From Vicugna vicugna (Eukaryota): a DNA stretch of 64,000 nucleotides. Positions within the stretch are counted from its first letter, which is position 1. Each line of letters opens with the position of its first letter. Location of the stretch: the NCBI GenBank assembly GCA_013265495.1, contig MU061538.1, positions 1,879,339 to 1,943,338 of the forward strand, read 5' to 3'. Under the pieces are notes generated by a model that did not search any database, was not told the DNA's origin, and saw only the letters and a program-made list of their open reading frames with translations. Position numbers and translations under genes: made by a program. Of this stretch, positions 51,301 to 63,858 are shown piece by piece.

Positions 51301-52721
51301 GGCGCTACCGCTCCTGCGTGCGGGTCCCCTGCTCCCCTTGGCCAGGCCTGGATTCAGATTCCCTGATGACCCTTGATCACATCAGGGTGGTTTTAACTGA
51401 CAGGGACCCCGGGGCTGGAAACCCCTCTCAAGCAGCTCTGACCACGCTTGTGAGAACCGCTAACACGCAGCCCATTTGATGCTTTTCCCAGACTTTTCTA
51501 AACGTTACCAAGTCTCTGAGAGGAAAGTTTTAGTGCTCAAGACACAGAGAATTAAAAGGTATCAAGCGAGAGTCTCCCGAATGAAAGGAAGAGACTGTAG
51601 CGAGATTTAAGTGGTGTGTTGGCTGGACGTCTGGTCCCCGCGAGGTCGACCGGAGACCGCCGTGTTGCTGGTACCGGCAGTCTCTCCGTGTTCCTGCCCA
51701 CGTTTCTCCCAGAGCAAACAGAATCTGCTGATCATACTTGTCTTTTCCCTTGGTGACTGAAGGCCATCACCCTGAGCATCAGGGTGACCGAGGAGGACTG
51801 GAGGTAAACAGAATTACAGTGCGACGAGAATGTTCCCTGGGAAACAGGCACCACCACGACAAAGCCTCGTGCGGCTCCTTTTTCTTCAAAGAATGTGGAA
51901 GGAAGGTGCCTGTCGTTCAGGTTCTGAGGAGCCAGGGTTTGCCTGTTCGATTAAAAAGTGTTATTTATCGGATTTTTCTTTTCTGCATCCACCTCTCATC
52001 TTGGTCTCACATCCAGCGCATCCTCAAGTCGTTAAAATGACTTCTTCTCACGGTGCCTCTGTTTTCAGGTCTGGAAAATACAATTTGGGTTAAAACTCGA
52101 TGGGGAGCCGCTCAGGCGGGTGGGTTGCCGTGGTGATGTGACGGGCGGGGAGACGTGCGGCTGAGGCGCCTGCAGGGGCCTCTGGGCTGGGCTTTGTCTT
52201 AGCACCAGCTGGGGGGCCTCCTCTTCCCAGCCCCCGCCCCACCTGCTGCCTCGCTGGGCCTGCCTGGGCGGGACGGTCACGGAGCACCGCGTTTCCCGGG
52301 AACGCTTCTAACAACCTGATCCTGCTCAGCTGCAGAGGGCCAAGTGCCTCCCAGGACAGGTTGCACCCTTTCTAGCCCCAGGGGGTCAATCTCAATGGGT
52401 CTAAACTAAATGTCGTAAGTTTATCTCCACGCCATTGACTGGGTGGGGCCGGATCATAGGACAGTCCTGGCCAGCGAGTGGGAAGAAGTGTGCTGGGGAC
52501 ATCGGGGACGTTCTCCTGACGAGCGGCAGTGAGGAAACCCCCGCCTGTGACTCTGGATGTCGAGTCTGAGGATCCGAAGCCTAGAAGAACAGACGACACC
52601 TCGCGCCTGCACAGGGAAAGCCACAGGTGTCACAAAGCAGCAGAACCAGGCTTGGCAGGCCACTGAGGCGCCGAGCGGACCGGCCCGGGCACGTCCTGGC
52701 ACCCGGAAATAAACATCTCAT

Positions 52722-53635
52722 TGCCGAACTGTGTTCCTCTTAAATTCGCACGTCAAAGTCTTACCCACCGTGTTTCAGTGTGTGATCTTATTTGGAGGTA
52801 AGGGCTTTAAAGAGATGATTAAAATGAGGTCTTTAGGGAGCCCAGCCCTAGTGAGGTGCGGGCTGTGGTCAGTAACCAGTGATCACACTCAGTGGGCATC
52901 AGGCGGGGAGGGAACGAAAGGCGCCCACAGAACTGTGGCGCTATCTCGAGACTGAAAAATGAGGCAGCTCGTCCATGGGTCTGTTTATTCCGGGGGGGAC
53001 TCACTCACGGGGTGGCGTCCGGTGGACAAGGGTCTGGAAGCATGGCCAAGCTGCACTCCGCACCACCGCGGGGCCCTTGGGTGGTGTCAGAGCTACCCCA
53101 GGGCCTGGGGCTGCTGCCCGGAAGCAGGATGAACAGGATTTACGCGTGGCTAGCTAGCCTTGTGGGCAAAGTCTTCATGATGTTTCAGAGGCTAATAGCA
53201 CAAAGACCACCTGGTCCTAATGACGGTTTAATAACATCTGCCCACTATACAGCCTGATGACAGAGGAGAGATTTACCACACAGGACGGCCCCGGGTGGGC
53301 TCAGCAGAAGGACAGGAGAAACTGTACAGGCCCACGATGCTGTCAGTCATGCTAACAGCCAGATAGTCGCTCGAAATCCAGCTTGAGTGGTCTCATAAGA
53401 AGAGGAAATTCAGACACGGACATACGTAAGCACAGAGGAAAGGCCATGTGAAGACACAGGGAGAAGACAGCCACGGACACGCCAAGGAGAGAGGCCTCAG
53501 AACGAGAGCGGCCCTCCAACACCTTGGCCTTGGATGCCTGGCTTCAAGAACTGTCAGGAAACACGTCTCCGCTCTTGCATCTCTGTTGTGCCCTCCCTGG
53601 GGTACTGTGTACTGTCTCCCCAGGGCACTGATACG
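52722..53635 (+). mobile_element. MLT1B-like LTR split by a ~525-bp insertion (about 52849-53374)
   Basis: 5' half ...GTGTGATCTTATTTGGAGGTAAGGGCTTTAAAGAG..AAAATGAGGTC. The 3' half resumes AATCCAGCTTGAGTGGTCTCATAAGAAGAGGAAATT...GCCATGTGAAGACACAGGGAGAAGACAGCC. Confidence 0.75.
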
Positions 53636-55214
53636 TCACTGGAGCCCAGACAGGCTTTGGCAGCAAGCGCCATCACCCCTGACTCAGAGTCACGTCCAGG
53701 ATACGGAGAGGCCTGACTGAACCTCACCCGCGAAGTCAGGAAGCAAAGCAGGAAGCGAGGCAGCCCCCGGCGGTCCCAGCAATGCCACCGGAGACCCAGG
53801 TCCTCCACCTCCCTGCCCGCTTGGCGGGGAGACCGGCTCCCGGAGGGGCCAGGATGGCCGCCGCATTTCCAGCTGCCTCTGGCAGGTGACACAGTGCAGC
53901 GGCAGGAATGGGGTGCTGGAACGTTCCTGCACGTCTCTGTGCTGAGAAGGGAACAGAGCCCTCTCCTCACACCCTGGCCGGAGCTACAGCGCATGCCCTT
54001 TCCAGACCAGTGTGGGCAGCGGGCACGGAGTGACGGTAGTAGGGCTGAGCTGAGAAGAAGCCGGGTTTCTGTCCCACGTGGCTGCCCATGACCAGATACG
54101 AGCAGTGCTCGACTGATACAGAAGGAGACAGTGGGACAGAAGTGGTGGTTGGGTTGCAGCCGGAAGGGTCTTCCTCCCGCTGCGCCCAGTCACCACCAGT
54201 GCTGTTGACTGCTCCCCCAGCTCTCAGTTCACTGACTTCTCTGCACCCCGTCTTTTAGTACTAGAACCCAACCCACAGTCATGTCTCGCCGGGACTGGTG
54301 CAGCAGCCTGTCAGCCTGCCTGCACACCCCCTTATCCCCTCTAGCCTCTCCTAACTGTAGCCTAACGACCTTTGCAAAATGCAGAGGTCACCAAGTCTCA
54401 CCCCACTTGAAATACCACCGTGGTTCCGTGTGGCTTAGAATAAAGACATACTCCCTTACCTGTGCCCGCAAGGCTCCACCTGGTCTGGCCCTGCCCACCC
54501 CGCAGCCTCGTCATGGGCCAGTCCTCCCACAGACTCTTCTTCAGGCGTGTGGACTGCTTTTTTATTGTCCCTCAAACTCATTGTGATTTGTCATTCTGGG
54601 GTTTAGCATATGCTGTTCCCTCTCCCCAGGTCCTTGTCTGCTCTCTACTGGGTGGACGCCAACTTATCCTAAGGGCTTACCCGTCACTTTCTAGGGAAGC
54701 CCCTCATCTTTCCTGACAGCTGTATCCGTCTGTGTGTGACCCTCCCGCTCGGGCTTGACCGTGAGCTGACTATACCCCCCCGCCCCATGTCGGCAGAGGG
54801 CCGGCCGTCTTCAGAGCTCACCCACGCTCACTCACGCGGCCCGAGTCCGGCAGTGGCTCTGCCTGGCTAGAGGGTCCGGGGCATGGGTGCTGGCTCTCGG
54901 TTTGTCCTTCTTCCCTCGTGACCTCTCCATCAGCCATCCTTCTGGGCTCTGAATGTGGCGGCCAGTGCAAGAGGGCAATGGTGAAAGCTGTGAGGCCCGT
55001 GAGGCCTGGCCCTAGAGCTGACACCCACCACTCCCTTCATGTTCCACTGCTAAAGCGGGCTGCAGGCCGCCAGCAGCTGAAGGAGATGGGCGGGCGGTGA
55101 AATAGCGCCTCTTCTGATCTCTGCTCGTCATGTGGGATCTCAGAGGAGAGTCAGGGCTTCCATGCTTATTGAATGATCGAAGGAAGGAGATACAATCATG
55201 GTCTCCTCTTCTTA

Positions 55215-55363
55215 TGTGGACTTCAGTCACCCTAGATCAGGGCCCACCCCAGCGACCTCATCCAAACGTGACCATCTGCAGAGACTGACTTGGTGAGGCC
55301 CCATCCCGGTACCCGGGGTGAGGATGTGCGCAGATCCTTGGGGATACAGCTCCGCCCATAACA
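55215..55363 (-). mobile_element. MLT1 LTR 5' fragment
   Basis: GATCAGGGCCCACCCCAGCGACCTCAT...CATCTGCAGAGAC...GGGGATACAGCTCCGCCCATAACA. Confidence 0.7.
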
Positions 55364-58300
55364 GTGGGGGAGGGAGAGAGGAGGGAGGAGCTACAAACTG
55401 AGATTCGCTCCCCAAGCCCGGGCTGCTCCCCACGTGTGCCTGCCTGGTGCCCATATCTCACCTGTCCCTCTTAGCGCTGTGGACCCCCACCGCACTTCCT
55501 GTGTCTAGTGGCCAAAACTTTTAAGAAAGACTCGAGCATTGGCCACTTCCGCTTTCAGGAGACCGAGTGTTCCTTCACGGGTGGGGCGTGGGCAGTGTTG
55601 CCCTCGCCAGGAGGGGTCAGGGCTTCGTCCTTCCCCAAAGGCGCCCCGCTAAGCAGGAGACAGGTATTTTGTGTGGTAGGAAGAGCATGGGCCTTTGAGT
55701 GGCCATCCTACTTTGTTGAGGTCACAGGTGGAACCCGGGTCTCCCCAGACCACTGACCGGGAACTTCCAAGCTATGTCTTCACATCTGTCCAGGTGGGTC
55801 TGCCAGTCACCTGCGCTTGTGGCTGGGGGACCAACTGCTGCTGGTGGTCTGCATGGCCCAGGCATCCTTGCTCGCCCTGGCTGGTCCAGGCGACAGCACC
55901 CCACACCCCTAGAGGTATCTGCGGGTGCCCCCCCGCACCCACTCCTGCGCCGTCAGTGAGCGCTGACCTCCAGGCAAATGCAAAGGGGGTCCCTTGACGG
56001 CCTGCTGTGACTCGTTCCCAGGGGCCCCCTGTACCTTGCACACACCTTGGAGACAGCAGACGTGCCAGCGATGGTTGATCATCAGCCTGCGGGCTGGGTG
56101 CCAAGCAGGGTGCGGGTGGGAGAGGCGTCCAGACTGCAGTACTCGCCCATCCCCTTGTGGAGGTGCTGGCGCAATGAAGGCCCTGGCAGGTCCCGGCTCC
56201 CTGTGTGCTGGCCCTACCTGCAGGGCTGGGAGCTCTGCGCCCACAGCCTTCCCTTTCAGGTGAGCCCCTTCAGATGCTCCAGCCCCCAGGGGCCATCCCC
56301 ACTGCCATCTCCTCCCATTGCCAAACCTCACTCCTAGGAAGAGAGGAGGGGGCGGGAGAAAGGAGGAGCAGACAGACGGAGGCGGCTGGCGGGCCCAGCT
56401 GGGAGGAGGGCTCGCCCTCTGGCAGGCAACGTGACCCGCCAACCCCCCCCCCCCGAGGCTCCACTCCTGCCGCCTGCTCTAATAAACCTGAAACTCCAGT
56501 GACTTAAGTGTAGATTTCAGATTAACATTTAAATTAACGCCGGACTAGAAATCTGGAGGCCGGGCAGCTGATGTGACTCTGTTAACTTGTTCTGTGACCT
56601 GGGGCAAAATTTAAAATGATCTTTTCGCATCCAGCCACCCCTCCCCTCTGTGGGGAGGTCGGGATGGCAGACCTGGAGGACCTCAGCCCTTCCTGGGCTG
56701 TCCTGGAAGTCCTGCCTTCCGCATGGGTGGGGCTAACTTTGCCCGCGAGCCGCTCTATTTGACCAGTGAGTGTGGACCCTCCTGGCCCCTGGGACTGGGG
56801 CTCCAGGCAGAGAAGAGAAAGTCAGGGCAGGGGGGCTTCCAACGGAACCCCCAACCCTGGCCACCAGGCTGTTTGGGGGCCACCAGTGACTCAGCCATCA
56901 ACTCAGTCCCTGCAGGCGGACCTCTCTTTAAGAGCTCTCCTTTACATGGCCCATCTTGGTGCTCCCAAAACTTGAGACCTGAGCTGGAAGGAACAGATTA
57001 TTAACACATGACCAGGAGCCCGGGGGTGGGCATGCCTGCCAGGTCCATCCCCGTGGGTTCCAGAAAGCCAAGGGTGTCTCAACCTGCTGGGGTCTGAAAC
57101 CCAGGTCTGCAGACACAGAACAGACAGCCACTCAGGGATCCGGGTTCCTGGGCGAGCCACCAGGTCAAGCTGGGGTTCCGAGAATCTGGACTCCCCCAGA
57201 GGGGCGGGGAAGAGGCCAGCCCTGGCTGAGCGCACATGCACGCGAGGTGCTGCATAGACTAGTCCTCGCCCTCCGCTGAAGAGAGAGCTGAAGGTGAAGC
57301 AGGCTGAGTGAAGTGTGCACGGGTGGGCAGGCTCTGAGGCCAGGTGCCCTCCAGCCGGCAGGAGGGACTGGGGCGGTCCAGCTCTCAGCTGTGTCAGGAA
57401 GGGCCGAGGTACTGCCAGTCACCCCGACCCTTGGTGGGGGCCTGCGGGACCTGCCCTGCTCTCCAGGACCCTTCACACAGGCTTCCACGTCCCTCCCAGG
57501 CTGGGACACTGCACCTTCACCCTGACGGCTCCTTCCCTGCTGCCAAGGGAGCGGACCCCCGTCTTCCCTGTCACGGGAGCAAGGCGTAAGGGATGTCAGG
57601 ACCCTCTAGGAAACCCTTCCCCTTCTCTCCCTCTCGTCTGTCCGCAAGGACGCCTGCACGGTTACCTTTGCCTTCTTCCCAAGAGGCCTCCCAGCTGTGC
57701 TGCGGGCCGTCTACCCGCTGTGAGGCCTGGGGGAGGGGCCCCAGGTGAGCGCTCTCCCAGCCAGCCCCGCCCCCTCCGGTGGGCTCTGTGTCTGGTCAGC
57801 GTCCCCATGGGAGACTCCTGCCTGGGAGGCATCAATCGGGTCACACCTGCTGGGACAGTGGTGACCTCAAAATAGCAGCAGCTGCCCATCTCACGGAGGG
57901 GGTGAGCAGGAGCCATCCAGGTCGATGAGTGGGGTGTCCTGCAGTGCCCAGGTTGCTGGTCCCGATGGCCCGAGGCCCGTCTAGGCTGCGCTGGGACAGG
58001 AAGGCAACGCTGGGCCAAGGGCCTTCAGGAAGGTGCCAGGACACACGGTGACGCGGCCGTGGAAGCCGGAAGGGACGTGTGCTCTCCAAGTGTGTGGCCA
58101 CGGGTTCCTTTCTTGCGGATGAAGGGGGCAGCCCCACCCTCCGCACACTGCGCAAAGGCTGGGGTCCTCCCTGCCTCTGGCAACAGGCCCACAGACCTTC
58201 CAGCTCCTGCTGGTGGTGGCCTTGGAGAGATGGGCTCTTCTTGGGGAGCCCCTGGACCAAGAAGGACTGGGTGCCACTCATTGGGCCTACAGTTACATGG

Positions 58301-58901
58301 TAGGTTACCGTAAGGACCAAGGACAGCTCACACAGCACGTAAGGGACAGGGTCATGTGACCCCATGGCCTGAGCTCTCCATCAGCTGACTCGCCTGGGTA
58401 CATTCACAGACATGCACTGGGTGACCTGGGGAGGGGCACTGGGGAAAGCCCCTCAAGCTCTCTAGGCCTCACCACAAGATGGGGTGAGTCCGAGGGTCCC
58501 TCTCACGGGCTGTGACGAGCGTTGAATGCATGGCACGTGGGAGCACGACTTAGCATGTGGAAGGCAGGAAGCATCTGTACTGTTGGCATCTCATGACTGT
58601 GGCTGGCCTCTGCTGCCGTCAATGCAGGTTGAGCCAGGGGCCATATGTTCTGATATATCACCAGGAAACAGCATGAAAAACAGGGCTGGGTGAGCCAAGC
58701 CAGCATTCAAATTTGGGCATTTAAAGATTATGCTGTTCTCCCAAAGGTACCCTGAAATACAGTGCTTGAGTAAGACAATGTGCCCATGCCTCATTTAACA
58801 GCAGGTGAAGAGCTGTAACGGGTTGAGGCTTTGTCGAGCTCCTCCAGCATCGTTGTCCACAGCTGGGCCACAAACAGCAAGTTCAAAATCATTTTCCTGT
58901 A

Positions 58902-59773
58902 TCAAAACTGTATCACCTCACACCAGCCAGAGTGACCATCATTAAAAGGTCTATAAGCGATAAATGCTGGAGAGGCTGTGGAGAAAAGGGAACCCTCCTG
59001 CACTGCTGGTGGGAATACAGTTTGGTGCAGCCACTGTGGAAAACAATATGGAGATCCCTCAAAAGACTAGGAATAGACTTACCATATGACCCAGGAATCC
59101 TGCTCAAAGACTAGGACTTACCATATGACCCAGGAATCCTGCTCCTGGGCATATATCCAGAAGGAACCCTAGTTCAAAAAGACACCTGCACCCCAATGTT
59201 CATAGCAGCACTATTTACAATAGCCAAGCCATGGAGACAGCCTAAATGTCCATCGACAGAAGACTGGATAAAGAAGCTGTGATTATATTTATACAATGGA
59301 ATACTACTCAGCCATAAAAATGACAACATAATGCTATTTGCAGCAACATGGATGTCCCTGGAGAATGTCATTCTAAGTGAGGTAAACCAGAAAGTGAAAG
59401 AAAAATACCATATGAGACCACTCATATGTGGAACCATTAAAAAAAAAAGACAAGTGAACTTTTATATAAAACAGAAACAGACTTACAGACATACAATACA
59501 GACTTGTGGTTGCTCGACGGGAGGGGAGTGGGAAGGGATAAACTGGGAGTCCGAGATTTGCAGGTACTGACTGGTATATATAAAATAGATAAATAAGTCT
59601 ATGCTGTATAGCACAGGGATATATATTCAATATCTTGTAGCTCATGGTGAAGAAGAATATGAAAATGAATATATGTATATTCGTGTATGACTGAAGCAAT
59701 GTGCTGTACACCAGAAATTGACACAACATTGTAAACTGACTATAACTCAATAAAAAAATTCAAATGTAAAAAG
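58902..59773 (+). mobile_element. Relatively young 5'-truncated LINE-1 (ORF2 C-terminus plus 3' UTR)
   Basis: ORF2 C-terminal motifs ([43 protein letters not shown]) and an AATAAAAAAA end. 17-bp TSD AAAATCA(T/C)TTTCCTGTA at 58885-58901 and 59774-59790. Confidence 0.93.
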
Positions 59774-60332
59774 AAAATCACTTTCCTGTAGAGCATATGA
59801 GGCTGCTATTGGAGGCATCACTTCATTTACTTTTACTTGCTGAGAATTCTCAGTCGGGCAGCCCTACCTGGGAAGAAGGGGAAATCAGGTGTATGGTCTG
59901 TAAGTTTCAGAGGCTCCCTGAGATTCTGGGTCCAGCAGAGATGGGTCTCTGGGAGCAGGGCCCAGTTTTGGACAAACCTTTCCCATTCGCAGAGGCTCCT
60001 CGGGTGTAATTATACGGCCCAGTGGAGCTTGGGGTCTCTGATAGGCTCGGAGTGTGGGTCTCCTTATTCTTTTTAAAAAGCGTGTTTTAAATGAAAAAAT
60101 AAAGCGTATGTGTTGTGAAAAAAACAAAATATAAAAGGATGTACAAAGAAAGCTGGTCTCAGGTTGGCCTTCTTGGAAAGCTGCACATTTCTGCCCATAA
60201 GGAAGCAGCCAGGGGACAAGAGCCCTTCCCAGCTCCCGGGGGACATGGGCTTGCTGACACTCCAGCTGGAGAGCGTCTCGGGGGAGCTTCGCTCCCCTCC
60301 CAGAAATAATGGGCGCTCTGTGTCTTGTTCAG

Positions 60333-60445
60333 CATGCAGGGCCCTGATGGACGAGGTGGAGTATGACGTCACCAAGGCTCGGCAGAAGAAGACCAAGGTG
60401 GGCTCCTTCCGAGTGAATCCTGACGGGACGCAGGAGAGGAGAAAG
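60333..60445 (+). CDS. CNPY1: CNPY1 coding exon 2 (ACRALMDEVEYDVTKARQKKTKVGSFRVNPDGTQERRK)
   Basis: 113-nt exon with acceptor tgtcttgttcag| and donor AAG|GTAGCG. Carries the canopy signature GSFRxNPDG. Its position divergent from RBM33 fits CNPY1 synteny. Later exons were not found in the window. Confidence 0.93.
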
Positions 60446-63400
60446 GTAGCGGAAAAGAAATTATGTGCCAGTGTATAATTGCGGATATGGGCAATTACCA
60501 GCCATTTATCCAAACAGCAGTTGGTCTTAATCTTCTAACCTTTCTCTTGTTCAGGGTATCAGCTCTAAATTGCTTCTGAGTCCTGGGGGACCCAAAGTAA
60601 TCTTTAAGCTTGAAATTGAAGTCTCTCTCCCAGCACCTAAATTTTGTGTCTTGTCAAGTCAGAAGACATTTCTACACTGTTGTTCATCAGGATAAAAATA
60701 GCACTTCCATGGTTCTTGGGTGAGGCCAGCAGGGGACCCAGAGCCGCTGTGGGGGCTGCCTAGACACCTCAAAGGCTGAGTACCCTCCCCCAGGCTCCCC
60801 ACCCGCTGCCTCCACGGCCTGCAGAGGTTCCTAGCTGGGGGCCAGGACGCAAGACTCCAGGACAGACGCTTGTCTGAGGGGAAGGAAGGATGCGCTTCCT
60901 CCACAGAGACAGCCCAGAGAGGCCTGGCCCGAAGCATCTGATGGCAGGGCTGGGTGTCTGAGAAGCCAGGAGAAATGGGCTGGGGCCACTGCGCACACGG
61001 GCCCCTGCCTCCTCCCCCAACCCAGCGCTCAGGGGGTCAGTGCTCAGAGCAGCGAGTCCATTTCAGTGTCGTCGTAAGCGAGCTCTACTTGGAGAAGGTG
61101 CTCCAGGATCTCTTCCAGCTCACTCAGGGACGCAGAAATTGGATTTGGATTTTTTGCTGGTTCGGCCTAGAGCCCTACCCTGTTTTAGAGCAAACGACTG
61201 AGGTGAGCTGTCTGCTTTTCCCACCTCTTTCTGGAGTCGTGTGCCCATCAGAGAGATGGGAATAGAGCAGGGCAAGCCCCCTGGGGCTCGCACGGTCTGG
61301 AACGCACCTCTGAGGAAGGCCTGAGTGGGATGTTTTCATCTGCCTGAGTTAGGAGACCCCCCCCCCAAGAAGGGCAGGACGTTCCTCCCCATGTCAGCGC
61401 ATCTCCCGTAATTTCACAGGCAAGTCTGCTAACCTGGGGATTTCACTGGAAGGACTGGGATACTTCAGATTTCTGCACAGCCATGCTGGCTCCATCGCGG
61501 GCCTCCTCCCTGCGGCCAGGTAGCCCTGGGTCCCTTGTGGTCACAGCGCTCGTAGGGAAGGGGCAGCCCTGGCTCCTGACACCAGCCGCAGAGGATTGTC
61601 CCGGTCAGGGAGGACCAGGGAAGGTGTGTGTGTCCAGGGCCAACGCAGCTTCAAAAATAGATGGAGTGTTACTATTGGAAGAGGTTAACATGTGGGGCAC
61701 GTTGAGCCATTGCTGGTGCAGCTGGGCCAGGGGAGAGGAGGAGATCTTTCTCTAAAAGGTACAAGGGCAGAATAGAGTGGTCAGGAGACCCTGGAGGGTC
61801 GGGAAGGAGCAGAGGGACAGGGATGGAGACGTGGGTCCCTGAGGTAAGACGGGGGAGGCTGGCAGTCCTTTGTCGAGAACCAGCCATGACAGCCTTTAAG
61901 TGATTTCTGGTCCTAACAGCCACCTGACTGCAGGTGAGCGGTGTCCCGTGGTCCTGCCACGGAGGGCCCTGCGGGGGCTTGGAAGGCGCCACGTGGGCCC
62001 TCCATCCTCCATGCTCTCCCACTGCAACCTTGGTGGTCTTTCCCCAGGGTCCACGCCAGAGTGCCCTGAGCCCCCTGACCTGGACTCACATTTATCTGAA
62101 AACAGGCCAGCCCGCCCCCCATTGCCTTCCAGGACATTCCACTCTGAGACAGTTGAGTTGAAATCACATTTAAAGTGTTGCCACAAACACTGGGTCTGCG
62201 GAGCAGTTTGAGAGCCATCGTTCTGCTGCGTTCATCAGTTAGACCAGGGTCACCTCAGAGTCCCGGCCACTGTGAGCTGGGCCGTCCTGCACCACGCTCT
62301 GCTTGGAGCTGCCGCCCAGCGGTCGTGGGGAAGGCAGCCTCCCGGGAGCCTTCTCCCTGGCCCCGGAGCTGGACTCTTGTCACAGACACGTGGGAGGGTC
62401 CGCGGTGCCCAGAGAAGCTGGCCCTTAAGGCCCTGGGCTTTGGACCCGCGTGGCTTTGGGGTGGGGATGGAGGTTGGGTTTCCTGGCTCCAGCCACCTCG
62501 AGGCCAGTGATCCCAGTGGCTCCCGTGTTTCGCAGAGCCCAGGGGTCTTCCCTCGAAACCACTGGGTGCCGAGCTTCCTCCCTCTCAGAAAGCGCTCTTC
62601 TGCTCCAGACCCCCGTGGTGGTCTCCCTCGGCCAGTGGGCTGCTTGGCCAAACCTGAAACGCGGGAGCCTCGCGGCGTGAAGCTGGGGCCCCACCTGCGT
62701 CCTGGACGCTGGCCAGGCGCTCTCGCTGGCGGTGCTGATGTGGCGGCATCTCTGTCCTTCTGCTGTGAGCGTGCAGTGTGCGTGTGCTCAGCTTGGTGTT
62801 TGAGAAGCACAGAAAAAGCACAAAAGAAGTGCCTGGCAGGTTGTGCAGAGAGGATGGGGCCGGCGGGGCTTCAGGTGCCAGCCGCCCCCGGGTCCCTGAC
62901 ACGCTGGCCAAGGGCCACGCGTCCGTCTCCGGCCCTCCCCTGCTTTTCCTTTCCTTTTCTGTTCTTTTTCTCCAAGGATGGAGGGAGACACTGACGCTCA
63001 GGTTGTGCCCTCCGAGCTGAGGGTCCGGGGAGAGCCTCAGGGGGAGGGTGGGGGCGCCCCGAGAGTCTGTGTTCTGAGGGGTAGTGGCCTGAGCTGATCT
63101 TTCAAGTACAGTGTGGACAATTAACACACAAAGCGGCTGGTGTTGGTGTGGGCCATTCGTGCGTGTCCTGCCTGGCACTGGGGCCACTCTGGGAAGGGCG
63201 GCGTGGAAGGAGGGATGTGTGGGCCAGCTGCTAGGGCCAGGTCTTGCTTGGTGAGAAGGTTGAGGGGACCACTGTTGCACAGAGGACATTGCACAGAGGA
63301 TGGCCAGGGAGCCCCATGCGGTGGCTGCAGACGGTGCCCAGCGCACTCTGGGCCCCGCCGACGTGGGCTCGGAGGACAAGGCGGGGCCGCGTGTCCTCCA

Positions 63401-63858
63401 AGTAGCGTGCTGGCTCCGCTGCCCCGATCCCTGATGCAGCCCGAGGGCCGGGGCCGTCCTGTTCTGTTCCATGACTCTTCCCAAGTGCATCCCAGCAATG
63501 AAGCCCAGGCCACTGGTCCAGAAGTCTGGCTGAGCCCTGCCTGGGGGCTCGGAGCCCCTGGAAGTGCTGTCCTCAGGCCACGCCCAGGCTGCAGGGTTCA
63601 GGTTGGGCCTGCGGGGCCCTGGCCGCCTGCGGGACCCACTTTGCTGTGGCTCAGCTGTGCCATCTCATCCCCTCCGGCTCCTAGCCGGCCTTGCTTTGAG
63701 CCCTTGTTCTGTCTTCGCTTCCTGCTCACACACTCATGAGCAGGGGTGCCTGCCTCTAGGGTGGCTCCCTGGACCACAGACTCCCAGACGTGGCCTTCCA
63801 CTTGGCCACCTGCGGGGTGCTGGGAGAGGGGAACGGCAGGGGGCTGGCCCTTGGAGGG

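Noticed and set aside
60164..60332. Upstream part of the 104-aa ORF covering the CNPY1 exon
   Set aside because: Lies before the acceptor at 60332/60333, starts at a non-ATG codon and has no canopy similarity.
61067..61125. Peptide VVVSELYLEKVLQDLFQ resembling the expected CNPY1 exon 3 (SExxLxxxLExxC)
   Set aside because: The nearby AG puts it in the wrong phase for the phase-0 donor at 60445, and the conserved Cys and following motif are missing. The true exon 3 probably lies beyond the window.
62272..63739. Long overlapping ORFs (240, 301 and 199 aa)
   Set aside because: GC-rich, stop-poor intronic DNA giving Pro/Gly/Arg-rich translations on both strands with no recognisable domain.
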